Origin: an uncultured Candidatus Saccharibacteria bacterium
GTDB lineage: Bacteria; Patescibacteriota; Saccharimonadia; Saccharimonadales; 2-12-FULL-41-12
Length of the DNA stretch: 64,000 nt
Assembly (NCBI GenBank): GCA_964573095.1
Contig: CAZNIK010000001.1
Span: 121,004 to 185,003 of the forward strand
Direction of reading: 5' to 3'
The notes below the pieces were generated by a model. It saw only the letters and a program-made list of their open reading frames with translations. It made no database searches and was not told the origin of the DNA. Position numbers and translations under genes: made by a program. Below, piece after piece: positions 6,105 to 14,948 of the stretch; position 1 is the first letter of the stretch; each line of letters starts with the position of its first letter.

Positions 6105-7253
6105 CTACCTTCCTCGCAAGCTGTCTTCGAGCTGAATGCGAGTAATTTCGTCCTTGGCTGTATTCCACAGACTTGGGTCACCGGCTTTTACCTTGCGCCA
6201 ATACCACCACTCGCCTCCCCAAAGGTCAAATGTTCGCATGCCTGTCGCTCGCCCATATTCGATTCGATCTTTTAAGCGCTCTGGATTAAGCGACTTATTT
6301 TGCTCATCGATTGACGAGACACTGTTCATCTTAAAATTGCCGTTGTCGGGCAGCCAGGCTTCGGTCTGTAGTTCGTGAATAAATGAATTCTTGCCACGAG
6401 TTAATTCTACCCAACCCGCCCTAAAGCCGTAGTACCACGCCGGGATTGGATATTCGAAATAGCGCTTGGTAATGGTTTTGTCCCAGACCCTTTTGTACAC
6501 CGAAATTGCCCACATGTCTGGAGTGGGTTCTCCGATAGGCGTCCCGATGGCATTGTTGCTCATGCTCACAATCAGCGGTCGGTGTGGGTCGAGAGATTTC
6601 ACGAGATTATACTCACTAATCAATCTATCTCTGCTAAAGTCCGTACACTCTCCAAATACATCTAGAAAATACTCGTTTTCTAGTTGATAGCTTTGAAGGG
6701 CAGAGCTATCCTTGTAGCGATTGACGACCGCCTCTATGTATTTGTTGAGCTGGGGCGCCCATTCATCAACTGATTGGCCTGCGGCCCACTTTGGAAGATG
6801 ACATTCTGGCCACCTGGGTTGTCTGAGGCCGATTGCGAGACTTACTTTCACATCGTTTGCTTCGGCCAATTTCATTTGCCAGTCCAGGTCATTAAAGTTG
6901 TATGTCCCAGGCGTGGGCTCTCCTTTGTCCCAGTAACTGACCAGCCGCAATCTTTTTATGCCCAAATCATCAATAATTGCTTGCATAGTTTCTTTTGGAT
7001 CAAGCCCATAGTAGCGGGCATAAGACGGCACAAAGGTCATGCCAATTTGAAGCGGGTCGTTTCGGTGTTTGGCAATATACCACTGTGAAATGCCGTACAT
7101 GACCGATACAAAAAAGAAGACCACGCACACGACTATGAGCGCCAACTTATGCCAAATAGATTCGCGTTGAAATCGAGCCTTTAAAGATGCCGCATGCTTC
7201 TTTTTTTTGGCCCTCAGCCGTCTACCCACCGGTTTTCTAGTTTTTGCTGACAT
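6105..7253 (-). CDS. membrane-anchored glycoside hydrolase, clan GH-A TIM barrel (GH5/GH42-like)
   Basis: 382 aa. A basic N-terminus plus one TM helix, then GIKRLRLVSYWDKGEPTPGTYNFNDLDWQMKLA and YQLENEYF (an NE acid/base motif), typical of (beta/alpha)8 glycosidases. Confidence 0.6.
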   Translation of the reverse strand: MSAKTRKPVGRRLRAKKKKHAASLKARFQRESIWHKLALIVVCVVFFFVSVMYGISQWYIAKHRNDPLQIGMTFVPSYARYYGLDPKETMQAIIDDLGIKRLRLVSYWDKGEPTPGTYNFNDLDWQMKLAEANDVKVSLAIGLRQPRWPECHLPKWAAGQSVDEWAPQLNKYIEAVVNRYKDSSALQSYQLENEYFLDVFGECTDFSRDRLISEYNLVKSLDPHRPLIVSMSNNAIGTPIGEPTPDMWAISVYKRVWDKTITKRYFEYPIPAWYYGFRAGWVELTRGKNSFIHELQTEAWLPDNGNFKMNSVSSIDEQNKSLNPERLKDRIEYGRATGMRTFDLWGGEWWYWRKVKAGDPSLWNTAKDEITRIQLEDSLRGR

Positions 7254-7271
7254 CTGTTATGATCTGCTTGT

Positions 7272-8063
7272 ATGGTAAAAAAAATTAAACCATTAACGTT
7301 ATCCATAATCATACCAGTTTATAATGACGCACGCTACCTAAGAGATTGCTTGGAATCGATACAGGAACAATCAGTTGCTCCAGACGAAGTTATTGTAGTT
7401 GACAACAATTCCACAGACAGCAGTGCAGAGGTTGCGCGTGAGTATGATTTTGTAACGCTACTTAAAGAGAAAAAGCAAGGTGTTTTTTATGCGCGAAATA
7501 AAGGCTTTAACAGCGCCCATAGCCACATACTCGGCAGAATAGATTCGGACACAATTTTGCCAAAAGATTGGGTGGCGTTTGTCAAACATTTTTACACCGA
7601 TCCAAAACGCCAAGATGATGCGCTTACGGGCAGCGGGTATTTTTATAACATCCCGCTTAGGTGGATTCATCGACTGGTGGTCGGGCAAGTTACGTTTCGA
7701 ATGAATCGTTTTTTGCTTGGTCACTATATTGTCTGGGGCTCTAATATGGCAATTCCTAAGAAGATGTGGATCGCAGTAAGAGACGATGTATGTGAGCGCG
7801 AGGATATCCATGAAGATTTAGACCTGGCAATCCACCTGCATCAACACGCGTTTCAAGTAACCTATCGCTCGAAACTGGTTGTTGGGGTTGTGATGAGAAG
7901 AGTTTTGACCGATTTTGGTAGTCTGCGCCCCCGAATGCTTATGTGGCCAGATACCTTAAAAGCTCACCACAATCCTAAGTGGATATTTGGGTGGTTGGGC
8001 GCGTATGCACTTTTTATTTTTAGCCCACTACTAATTATTGCCAACAAAATAAGGGGTGGCTAG
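7272..8063 (+). CDS. glycosyltransferase family 2
   Basis: LSIIIPVYNDARYL, VIVVDNNSTDSS and GRIDSDTIL (DxD) are GT2 GT-A fold motifs. Confidence 0.85.
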   Translation: MVKKIKPLTLSIIIPVYNDARYLRDCLESIQEQSVAPDEVIVVDNNSTDSSAEVAREYDFVTLLKEKKQGVFYARNKGFNSAHSHILGRIDSDTILPKDWVAFVKHFYTDPKRQDDALTGSGYFYNIPLRWIHRLVVGQVTFRMNRFLLGHYIVWGSNMAIPKKMWIAVRDDVCEREDIHEDLDLAIHLHQHAFQVTYRSKLVVGVVMRRVLTDFGSLRPRMLMWPDTLKAHHNPKWIFGWLGAYALFIFSPLLIIANKIRGG

Positions 8064-8650
8064 AGATCGTTGCTGGTGTAGCCTCCAAAATCGTTGGTCT
8101 GCGGTTCGCAGGTGCTCCAAAGTCCTTGGCTTTGTTCTTGGGCTTGTCTCTGGAGCTCGCGGAACTCTTCTAGTTTCTGAAATGGAAAACTGGTGTATGC
8201 AAAGCCGTAGCCCTGCTTGATAAGCTCGCCATTTACGAGTCTTCCGTCCTGGAGGTAGACGTATCGAAGTAGTCGGTTGTAGCGATCACGGTTTTGGTTT
8301 GTGGGGTCAGCCTCGAGGCGCACCGGGTTATTGCCAATAAGATTCTTTGTGAATTCACTGGCTTGTTTTCCGTAGCACTGCACGCTCTTTCTGGGGTCAT
8401 GAGTTTCGGGGGTATCGACTCCAATCAGTCTAATTTTCTCGTTGGCGCCGTTCATGTCGACCGCAATCGTGTCGCCATCAAAAAACTCCACAACTCTGTA
8501 GTAGCCAGGTTGAACGTTGATCAATTTTGGGGCGGCACTGGGATCTAATTGGGATGCGCCTACCGCTAGTAATAGAATCGTTGCGATAAGCCATGGAATA
8601 AATTGTTTTCGAGTTCGTGGGAGCGAAAACGGGGTGCGTTTTTTTGGCAT
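8060..8650 (-). CDS. thermonuclease (SNase/micrococcal nuclease) family protein, membrane-anchored or secreted
   Basis: An N-terminal TM/signal segment, then DGDTIAV, IRLIGVDTPE, YGKQASEFTKNLI and RYNRLLRYVY..G..VNGELIKQGYGFAY are SNase motifs. Confidence 0.85.
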   Translation of the reverse strand: MPKKRTPFSLPRTRKQFIPWLIATILLLAVGASQLDPSAAPKLINVQPGYYRVVEFFDGDTIAVDMNGANEKIRLIGVDTPETHDPRKSVQCYGKQASEFTKNLIGNNPVRLEADPTNQNRDRYNRLLRYVYLQDGRLVNGELIKQGYGFAYTSFPFQKLEEFRELQRQAQEQSQGLWSTCEPQTNDFGGYTSNDL

Positions 8651-8662
8651 ACTTCTTTAGGT

Positions 8663-9253
8663 TTAGTAGTCGATTCCCGGATTTGCCAAAAATTTGTCGT
8701 CAAAATGGTGCTTGATCTTTGTCATGTCAGTGGCAATATCAACATGATCAAGTAGCTGTTTTGGAAAATTTCGGCCGGTGAGGCACAAACTGGTTTTGGG
8801 GTGTCGAGCTGCAAGAAGCTGTTCGAGCTGCTTGATGGTAAGTAGTCCATCGTGCACGGCGTTGTTAATTTCGTCACAAATAACCAGTTGGTAGTTTCCG
8901 CTTTTCACCGCATCGAGGGCAGTATCATAGGTTTCTATGGCCGCGGCCTTGTGCTGTTTTTTGGTTATCTTTTGAGCACTGAGTTCGGCGGCGTCATAAA
9001 AACCCTTGCCGCCTTTGTAAAAAAATAGCTTGTCTCCGTAGAGGGGCTGAATGTCTCTGATGAATGTATGTTCGCTCACTCCCCAATATTTTATGAATTG
9101 AATAAATGCAACCGCCCACCGATTTCCAAGCGCTCGGGCCATTAGGCCCAAAGACGCGCTGGTCTTGCCCTTTCCGTCACCGGTATAGACGATAACTACG
9201 GAGCTTTTTGTTTTATAGTCCTCGAACGCCATATTTCCCCATTCTACCGACAA
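8663..9253 (-). CDS. cob(I)yrinic acid a,c-diamide adenosyltransferase (CobO/BtuR) family protein
   Basis: P-loop YTGDGKGKTSA, then LVICDEINNAVHDGLL, CLTGRN.P and TDMTKIKHHFD match the CobA/CobO/BtuR family. Alternative start at 9232. Confidence 0.7.
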   Translation of the reverse strand: MSVEWGNMAFEDYKTKSSVVIVYTGDGKGKTSASLGLMARALGNRWAVAFIQFIKYWGVSEHTFIRDIQPLYGDKLFFYKGGKGFYDAAELSAQKITKKQHKAAAIETYDTALDAVKSGNYQLVICDEINNAVHDGLLTIKQLEQLLAARHPKTSLCLTGRNFPKQLLDHVDIATDMTKIKHHFDDKFLANPGIDY

Positions 9254-9267
9254 GTCCGCTACAAAGC

Positions 9268-9307
9268 AGTACTACAAAATTACTCGATCGCTTAAGTTTG
9301 TAGTACT
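9268..9307. promoter_or_regulatory. 40-bp three-part dyad element, left copy
   Basis: AGTACTAC (9268-9275), 9 nt, CGATCG (9285-9290), 9 nt, GTAGTACT (9300-9307); perfectly symmetric spacing. TACTAT (9303-9308) could serve as a -10 box for a leaderless ATG at 9317. Confidence 0.55.
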
Positions 9308-9316
9308 ATTTTTGTT

Positions 9317-9799
9317 ATGAGCAGGTTTCGCAATGAGACGACGCTGTCGTTTATCATCAAGGGACTTATACCTTACACGAGGCCGAATATGCTACTGGCC
9401 TTTAAGCCAGGTGCGTTTTTTGCAGAGCTTGAAAAAGTTTCCAATAAGAATACCCAGACTATTAAAAACGAATACTATAAAGCGATAAAACGAGGGTATG
9501 TTGAACTTACCGATGACGGCTCCCCAGTCGTTACCTCAAAAGGACTAGCAAGGCTTCAGAAATATTCACCGACCAAGCTGAAAGATTCGCAGCTTCTGGT
9601 AGTTTTTGATATACCAGAAGTTGATAAAAACAAAAGGCAGCAGTTCCGCCTTCTTCTGAAGCAGCTCAAGTTCCGACAGGTTCAGCGGAGCGTCTGGATA
9701 ACGAGTTACGACAGTCGAGATTATTTGAGGCAAGAAATAAAGCGTCTCAAGCTCTCGGATAATATTGTTATCTATGAAGCTCACGACCTAAAGCTATGA
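9317..9799 (+). CDS. PaaX/Cas2-like protein (N-terminal wHTH-like region plus C-terminal ferredoxin-like module)
   Basis: 160 aa. LLVVFDIPEVDKNKRQQFRLLLKQLKFRQVQRSVWITSYD resembles the Cas2/PaaX_C beta-alpha-beta core (v.fDip......R..l...L...gf..lQ.SVw). No CRISPR array or other cas gene is in the window. Confidence 0.45.
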   Translation: MSRFRNETTLSFIIKGLIPYTRPNMLLAFKPGAFFAELEKVSNKNTQTIKNEYYKAIKRGYVELTDDGSPVVTSKGLARLQKYSPTKLKDSQLLVVFDIPEVDKNKRQQFRLLLKQLKFRQVQRSVWITSYDSRDYLRQEIKRLKLSDNIVIYEAHDLKL

Positions 9800-9803
9800 G
9801 CAC

Positions 9804-9843
9804 AGTACTATTAATGTGCGCGATCGCTTAATAAAGTAGTACT
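9804..9843. promoter_or_regulatory. 40-bp three-part dyad element, right copy
   Basis: AGTACTAT (9804-9811), 9 nt, CGATCG (9821-9826), 9 nt, GTAGTACT (9836-9843). The blocks and spacing match 9268-9307 (32 of 42 aligned positions identical, with all three blocks conserved). Confidence 0.55.
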
Positions 9844-9900
9844 ACTGCTATGTGTGATTTTTTGGGGGAGGTTGGCTTGAGCGTGGCTTCTTGAGGGTAG

Positions 9901-9947
9901 CTATATGAAGCTATGTCTATATGAAGCTATGTTTTATGAAGTTATGT
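9901..9947. repeat. short tandem repeat, ~16 bp x 3
   Basis: CTATATGAAGCTATGT (9901-9916), CTATATGAAGCTATGT (9917-9932), TTTATGAAGTTATGT (9933-9947). The third unit overlaps the stop of the glutaredoxin-like gene. Confidence 0.8.
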
Positions 9948-10176
9948 TTTTTTCGCGTAGGGCGCCATCCAATCGCTCGCGGTTAAAGCCAACAATTATT
10001 TCGCCATCAACATCGATCACCGGCACGCCAAGTTGCCCAGATTTTTGGAGGAGTGTTTGAGGACCGTCCGGCGTCTCGTCTACTTTTACTTCCTCAAATG
10101 AAATCCCCTTGCCTTCAAGGTATTGCTTTGCAGCGTGACAAAAGGCACAGGTTCTTGTGCTATAGATTGTTACCAT
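9934..10176 (-). CDS. glutaredoxin-like protein (NrdH/Grx family)
   Basis: 80 aa. MVTIYSTRTCAFCHAAKQYL has a CxxC active site, and GVPVIDVDGEIIVGFN is the thioredoxin-fold cis-Pro region. Confidence 0.85.
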   Translation of the reverse strand: MVTIYSTRTCAFCHAAKQYLEGKGISFEEVKVDETPDGPQTLLQKSGQLGVPVIDVDGEIIVGFNRERLDGALREKNITS

Positions 10177-10180
10177 AGAT

Positions 10181-10864
10181 CTATTTTATCTTAAATAAGT
10201 CTCTAACGTAAGGAACAATCTCGCTCGCTTGGTGGACTACGTGGTCGGCACCTGCTTCCCATAGCGATTGGATATTTTCGTCATGCACATCGTGGTCAAT
10301 ACCAAGCGCATAAGTCCCCGCAGTCTTGCCCGCTTGCATATCGACGGTTTGATCACCAACCATCACCGCGTTCTTAGGTTCTATTGATAACTGGGATAGT
10401 GCGAGCAATACTGGCTCGGGATGCGGTTTGTGGTTGTCGGTATCGTCTCGGTTGACCACAATATCGATATGGTCACCAATACCAGATTTTATGACGATAT
10501 TGGTTGCCGAAGCGGCGTTTCGGTCGATATTGCCTCTGGTTGTGACAATCGCTTGTTTTAGGCCCAGTTCCCCAAGCTCGCCAATGACCTCGAGCATGCC
10601 TTCGAAAAGAGTAATTTCTTGACGGTAACGACGGTCCTGCTCTTCTAAAAAGCGATCTAATATTTTTGGATGGTTGGGATGGTTGTCGCTCAAGTGAGCC
10701 ACAAAGTCCTCCAGTTTTAGACCAAAGGCATTATGAATATCCTTTTTTGAGGGCGAGCGAACACCAAATTCTGGCAGAATTACTTCAAAAACTTCTCGGG
10801 TCAGCTCTTTGCTCGGAAGTAAGGTGTTGTCCAGGTCCCAAAGGACTGCTTTGTGTTCACTCAT
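10181..10864 (-). CDS. HAD-superfamily hydrolase (phosphatase, PGP-like)
   Basis: VLWDLDNTLL (DxDxT motif I), VTTRGN (motif II) and MVGDQTVDMQAGKTAG (motifs III/IV). Confidence 0.8.
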   Translation of the reverse strand: MSEHKAVLWDLDNTLLPSKELTREVFEVILPEFGVRSPSKKDIHNAFGLKLEDFVAHLSDNHPNHPKILDRFLEEQDRRYRQEITLFEGMLEVIGELGELGLKQAIVTTRGNIDRNAASATNIVIKSGIGDHIDIVVNRDDTDNHKPHPEPVLLALSQLSIEPKNAVMVGDQTVDMQAGKTAGTYALGIDHDVHDENIQSLWEAGADHVVHQASEIVPYVRDLFKIK

Positions 10865-11058
10865 ACGCTTTAAAAATAGTGTAGCACTGACAGTCAGAAA
10901 ATCGATAGGCGTTCGTACGCGATTCTAGAAGAAAAAATAACCTGGCAAATGGGTAAAATCGCAACCCGGCGAATGGACGACCAGGTATTTAAAATAACGA
11001 CCTAGGCCGAAGTACCTCTTGAATCTCTCAAGGTTTTCGTTGTACACTTAGGCAAGGA

Positions 11059-11322
11059 ATGACGACAAAACCCGCCGATATATCGACGAGTGATCAACAG
11101 TTAACACGCCGCGCCAGGCGTGCATTTTTTGTAGGCCTGTTTGATCTTACCTGGAGACTATCCGGCGCAATGCTCTTGCCGCTATTTGTTGGCATGGCTA
11201 TTGACTCAAAAATCGGAGGCAGCGGCCAGTCGTTTTCAATTATCGGGTTCTTTATAGGAATGATATTCGGTGTAGTGGTAATACGGAGTATTGTGAAAAA
11301 ACTAGGAGTGAGTGAAAAATAA
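11059..11322 (+). CDS. AtpZ/AtpI-like small membrane protein (ATP synthase operon leader gene)
   Basis: 87 aa with two hydrophobic helices. It sits at the head of the operon, with a 1-nt TAATG overlap with atpB. Confidence 0.6.
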   Translation: MTTKPADISTSDQQLTRRARRAFFVGLFDLTWRLSGAMLLPLFVGMAIDSKIGGSGQSFSIIGFFIGMIFGVVVIRSIVKKLGVSEK

Positions 11323-12104
11323 TGATAACGCTATTTGCTGCTGAAGATGGTCCGCATATTGCCATAGCGCCCGAAAAGCTGTTTGAAATTGGAGGCGTCG
11401 CGATCACAAACTCGATGTTGTACGGCTGGTTGGTGGCAACAGTGTTGATTGTTATGTTTCTTGTTGCCATGAAACGAGTTAAGATCACTGGCTCGAGAGG
11501 AATGGGCGCATTGCTAGAGGTTGGCAGCGAGTTTATTGTGAATCTTTTGCAAGGAACGCTTGGAAGTCGACGGCTTGCGGTGCGACTGGCGCCAATATTT
11601 GCAACAATGTTTTTCTTTATTATGCTTAACAACTGGCTTGGGCTGTTGCCAGGCGTGGGGCCGGCCATAGAGTACAACGGCAGTCCGCTGCTTCGACCGT
11701 TCACGGCAGACTTAAACGGTACTGTTGCGATGGCAGTGTTCGGCATGGTGCTGGTGCAGATTATTGCCATAAAAGAACAAGGTCCCAAAGCACATCTAAA
11801 ACATTATTTTCCACTCAAGCCAACGAACCCCCTCACCTATCTGATCGGTGCGTTTGAAGTATTTACAGAATTTACACGTTTGCTTAGTTTGGGGCTTCGA
11901 CTCTTTCTTAACGTGGCGATTGGTGAAATTTTGATTTCGGTGGCGGCCTATTTAGGAGGGACTTTTGCGGCCCCCATCGCGGCCCTTCCTTTTACGTTGC
12001 TTGAGATATTTGTCGGTGCCTTGCAGGCGTATATCTTTGTGGTTTTGTGTGCGGCTTACCTTTCGGCAACGCTTGCGGGGCACGGTAAAGAGGAGCACGC
12101 GTAG
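11322..12104 (+). CDS. atpB: F0F1 ATP synthase subunit a
   Basis: 260 aa, polytopic. LSLGLRLFLNVAIGE contains the conserved Arg of subunit a. Operon context supports the call. Confidence 0.9.
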   Translation: MITLFAAEDGPHIAIAPEKLFEIGGVAITNSMLYGWLVATVLIVMFLVAMKRVKITGSRGMGALLEVGSEFIVNLLQGTLGSRRLAVRLAPIFATMFFFIMLNNWLGLLPGVGPAIEYNGSPLLRPFTADLNGTVAMAVFGMVLVQIIAIKEQGPKAHLKHYFPLKPTNPLTYLIGAFEVFTEFTRLLSLGLRLFLNVAIGEILISVAAYLGGTFAAPIAALPFTLLEIFVGALQAYIFVVLCAAYLSATLAGHGKEEHA

Positions 12105-12150
12105 GCTATAATGGTAATTAAGAAGTTCTAACAACTAAAAAAGGAGTATT

Positions 12151-12381
12151 ATGGAACTACTAGCAGAAGCAGTTAATACGGCAGTGATTGCAAAAGGCAT
12201 CATCATTGGATTTGGTGGTCTAGGGCCAGCAATCGCCCTTGGCTTGATGGGATCGGCGTATATGAGTGCCGTCAGCCGAAATCCAGAGTCAGCGAAATTT
12301 TTGAGCACTTTGTTCATATTTGTTGGTATGGCTGAATTCTTTGGAATTGTTGCGATTGGTGCATTCTTTATTGTTAAGTAA
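12151..12381 (+). CDS. atpE: F0F1 ATP synthase subunit c
   Basis: 76-aa helical hairpin with an RNPE loop (SRNPES) and the carboxylate in GMAEFFGIVA. Confidence 0.9.
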   Translation: MELLAEAVNTAVIAKGIIIGFGGLGPAIALGLMGSAYMSAVSRNPESAKFLSTLFIFVGMAEFFGIVAIGAFFIVK

Positions 12382-12436
12382 GTTGCTTATTTAGGAGCTG
12401 ACAGACATTTTTTGAGGAGTTAGTTTAAAAGAGATA

Positions 12437-12976
12437 ATGACACACATATTTATTGGACAATTTGCGAGTGAGACGACCGAAAAGGAAGGTTTTGCGGCGC
12501 TTGGGTTCGACCCACGGGCGTTCATAATTCAGCTCATAACTTTTCTATTTGTGTTTTATATTCTCTATAAATTCGTGTTTCGCAGAATTGTGGTGATGCT
12601 TGAGGCGCGGCGTGACGCCATCGATGAAGGCTTAAGACTTACCACTCAAATGCAAGCCGAGCGCGATAAGTTGGAGCAAGAAGTGACAGAGGCTCGAAAA
12701 AGTGCGAGAAGAGAAGCCGACGAAGTACTCGCGTTGACCCACGAACGGGCGGGCGCAATCATTAAAGAAGCCGAGGATAGAGCTCAAGCCAAAGTCGATG
12801 GCATGATGAAGGACGCTACAAAGCGCATCACCGAAGAGTCAGCTCGGGCCAGGCGCAAACTCGAAGCTGAGGTCGTCGATCTCGTAATCGAGGCAACCGA
12901 AGTCGTTGCGGGCGAAAAGCTTGATGCCAAAAAGGATGCAAAACTACTAGAGAGTGCGTTAAAGGGACAGGTGTGA
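12437..12976 (+). CDS. atpF: F0F1 ATP synthase subunit b
   Basis: 179 aa. One N-terminal TM helix followed by a long charged coiled-coil; operon position supports the call. Confidence 0.85.
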   Translation: MTHIFIGQFASETTEKEGFAALGFDPRAFIIQLITFLFVFYILYKFVFRRIVVMLEARRDAIDEGLRLTTQMQAERDKLEQEVTEARKSARREADEVLALTHERAGAIIKEAEDRAQAKVDGMMKDATKRITEESARARRKLEAEVVDLVIEATEVVAGEKLDAKKDAKLLESALKGQV

Positions 12977-12983
12977 TTGCGGC

Positions 12984-13382
12984 ATGAATGATAAGTACTC
13001 ACAAACTGCAACTGCAAGGCATATTACCAATCAGTTGGCTGAGGAATCCGATGAGCGGGATCTTGCAATTGGTGTGGCTGCTTACCTAATCGACGAAGGG
13101 AAAACGGCAAACCTTGATTCTCTGCTCCGAGATGTTATGGAGTTACGAGCTCAAGAAGGCCTAGTAGAGCTTACAGCAAAAAGTGCCTTTCCTCTTACGG
13201 CGGACGAAAAAGCCTCTATCAAGCTCGTTGCCAAAAAGCAGTACCCCAATGCCCACAAAGTTATTATTCACGAAGTCATTGACGCCAATGTGATCGGCGG
13301 GGCGACCTTGTCGTTGGCAAACGCCAACCTCGATCTGACGATTAAGACCAAGTTAAATCAGCTAAAGGAAGCAGTTACGTAA
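12984..13382 (+). CDS. atpH: F0F1 ATP synthase subunit delta (short form)
   Basis: The C-terminal VIDANVIGGATLSLANANLDLTIKTKLNQLK is the OSCP/delta signature. At 132 aa the N-terminal domain is short. Confidence 0.75.
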   Translation: MNDKYSQTATARHITNQLAEESDERDLAIGVAAYLIDEGKTANLDSLLRDVMELRAQEGLVELTAKSAFPLTADEKASIKLVAKKQYPNAHKVIIHEVIDANVIGGATLSLANANLDLTIKTKLNQLKEAVT

Positions 13383-13405
13383 AACCAGGAGACTAAAGGA
13401 GATTC

Positions 13406-14938
13406 ATGAGCGAAGTTAGCATCAAAGTACTATCGGAGGACATTCGTAAGGCAATCCAAGAACTAAAGGATCAGCCCGAGATAAGCAATGTGGGGGTTGT
13501 TACTCGAGTTGGCGACGGGGTTGCCTGGATTTATGGACTCAGAGAGTGCGGATTTAACGAAGTTCTTGAGATCGAAGGGACCGAGGGGCAGACTATTTCT
13601 GCGTTTGCACTTAACTTAAGTGAAAACGAGATTGGGGCCGTTTTGCTTGGCAGTGACCTGCCGGTTCGGGCTGGGGCGAAGGTAAGACTCACGGGGAGGA
13701 GTTTGGAGGTGCCTGTGGGAACTGAGCTACTTGGCAGAGTTGTTGATCCGCTCGGAAACCCGCTCGATGACAAAGGGCCAATTAAAGCAAAGAAAACGGG
13801 TGCTATTGAACAAGCTGCTCCCGGTGTGCTCGACAGAAAAAGTGTTCATGAGCCACTTATGACGGGTGTTGCCGCGATTGATACGATGGTTCCTATTGGT
13901 CGTGGGCAGCGGGAGCTTATTATTGGCGATCGACAAACTGGTAAGACTGCGGTGGCACTCGACACTATGATCAATCAGCACCGCCAGAAAACCGGCGTCA
14001 TAAACATTTACGTTGCCGTTGGCCAAAAAGCCAGTAAGGTTGCTCGTTTAGTAGAGCGACTTCGCCGCGAAGGGGTGATGGATCAGACTATTGTAGTTGC
14101 CACTTCGGCGGCCGACCCTGCTTCTTTGCAATACCTCGCGCCTTACGCGGGCACAGCGATGGGCGAATATTTTCGGGACAACAAACAACACGCCTTAATA
14201 ATTCACGACGATCTATCGAAGCATGCCAACGCCTACAGACAGATGAGCTTGTTGCTGCGACGCCCTCCTGGTCGAGAAGCCTTTCCTGGTGATGTGTTTT
14301 ACCTGCACTCTCGTTTGCTTGAAAGAGCAGCAAAGCTATCTGACAGGTTGGGTGCTGGCAGTCTCACTGCCCTACCCATTATTGAAACCCAGGCTGGCGA
14401 TATTAGTGCGTACATTCCCACCAACGTTATTTCGATCACCGATGGGCAGATTTTCCTAGAAACAGATTTGTTTTATCAAGGAATACGTCCGGCTATTGCC
14501 GTCGGTACGAGTGTTTCCCGCGTTGGTGGATCGGCGCAAACAAAGGCCGTAAAAAGCGTCGCTGGTTCGCTGCGAATAAATTTGGCTCAGTTCCGAGAAC
14601 TCGCTGCCTTTGCGCAATTTTCGACCGATCTCGATGCCGATACCAGACACCGCATAGAAAGAGGGCAACGACTTACCGAGCTACTAAAACAACCACAATA
14701 TTCTCCGCTTTCGGTTTGGGAACAAACTTCACTACTTTTGGTTGCAACCGAGGGTGTGTTTGACACGGTACCAATACAAGATGTACGGCACGCCGGTGAG
14801 GCATTGTTTACCGAGCTTCGAAGAAGCCACAAGAAGCTTATTGATGTGCTGAACGAAGGAGACAAGCCAAGCGAGGAAGCCAAGCAGACAATTTTGGGTG
14901 TTGGCAAGAAAATAGCAAAAGAGTATGAGGTGAAATAA
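13406..14938 (+). CDS. atpA: F0F1 ATP synthase subunit alpha
   Basis: 510 aa with Walker A GDRQTGKT and full-length alpha-type sequence. Confidence 0.97.
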   Translation: MSEVSIKVLSEDIRKAIQELKDQPEISNVGVVTRVGDGVAWIYGLRECGFNEVLEIEGTEGQTISAFALNLSENEIGAVLLGSDLPVRAGAKVRLTGRSLEVPVGTELLGRVVDPLGNPLDDKGPIKAKKTGAIEQAAPGVLDRKSVHEPLMTGVAAIDTMVPIGRGQRELIIGDRQTGKTAVALDTMINQHRQKTGVINIYVAVGQKASKVARLVERLRREGVMDQTIVVATSAADPASLQYLAPYAGTAMGEYFRDNKQHALIIHDDLSKHANAYRQMSLLLRRPPGREAFPGDVFYLHSRLLERAAKLSDRLGAGSLTALPIIETQAGDISAYIPTNVISITDGQIFLETDLFYQGIRPAIAVGTSVSRVGGSAQTKAVKSVAGSLRINLAQFRELAAFAQFSTDLDADTRHRIERGQRLTELLKQPQYSPLSVWEQTSLLLVATEGVFDTVPIQDVRHAGEALFTELRRSHKKLIDVLNEGDKPSEEAKQTILGVGKKIAKEYEVK

Positions 14939-14948
14939 GTAGGCACCA

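Noticed and set aside
9901-9947. Possible CRISPR array near the Cas2-like gene
   Set aside because: The repeats are directly tandem 16-bp units with no spacers. Nothing in the window shows a repeat-spacer architecture with 24-40-nt repeats.
12151-12381. Na+-coupled c subunit
   Set aside because: The residue after the ion-binding Glu is Phe (GMAEFFG), not the Ser/Thr of the Na+-binding signature, and I could not identify the other Na+-binding residues of that motif. The subunit is therefore most likely H+-type.
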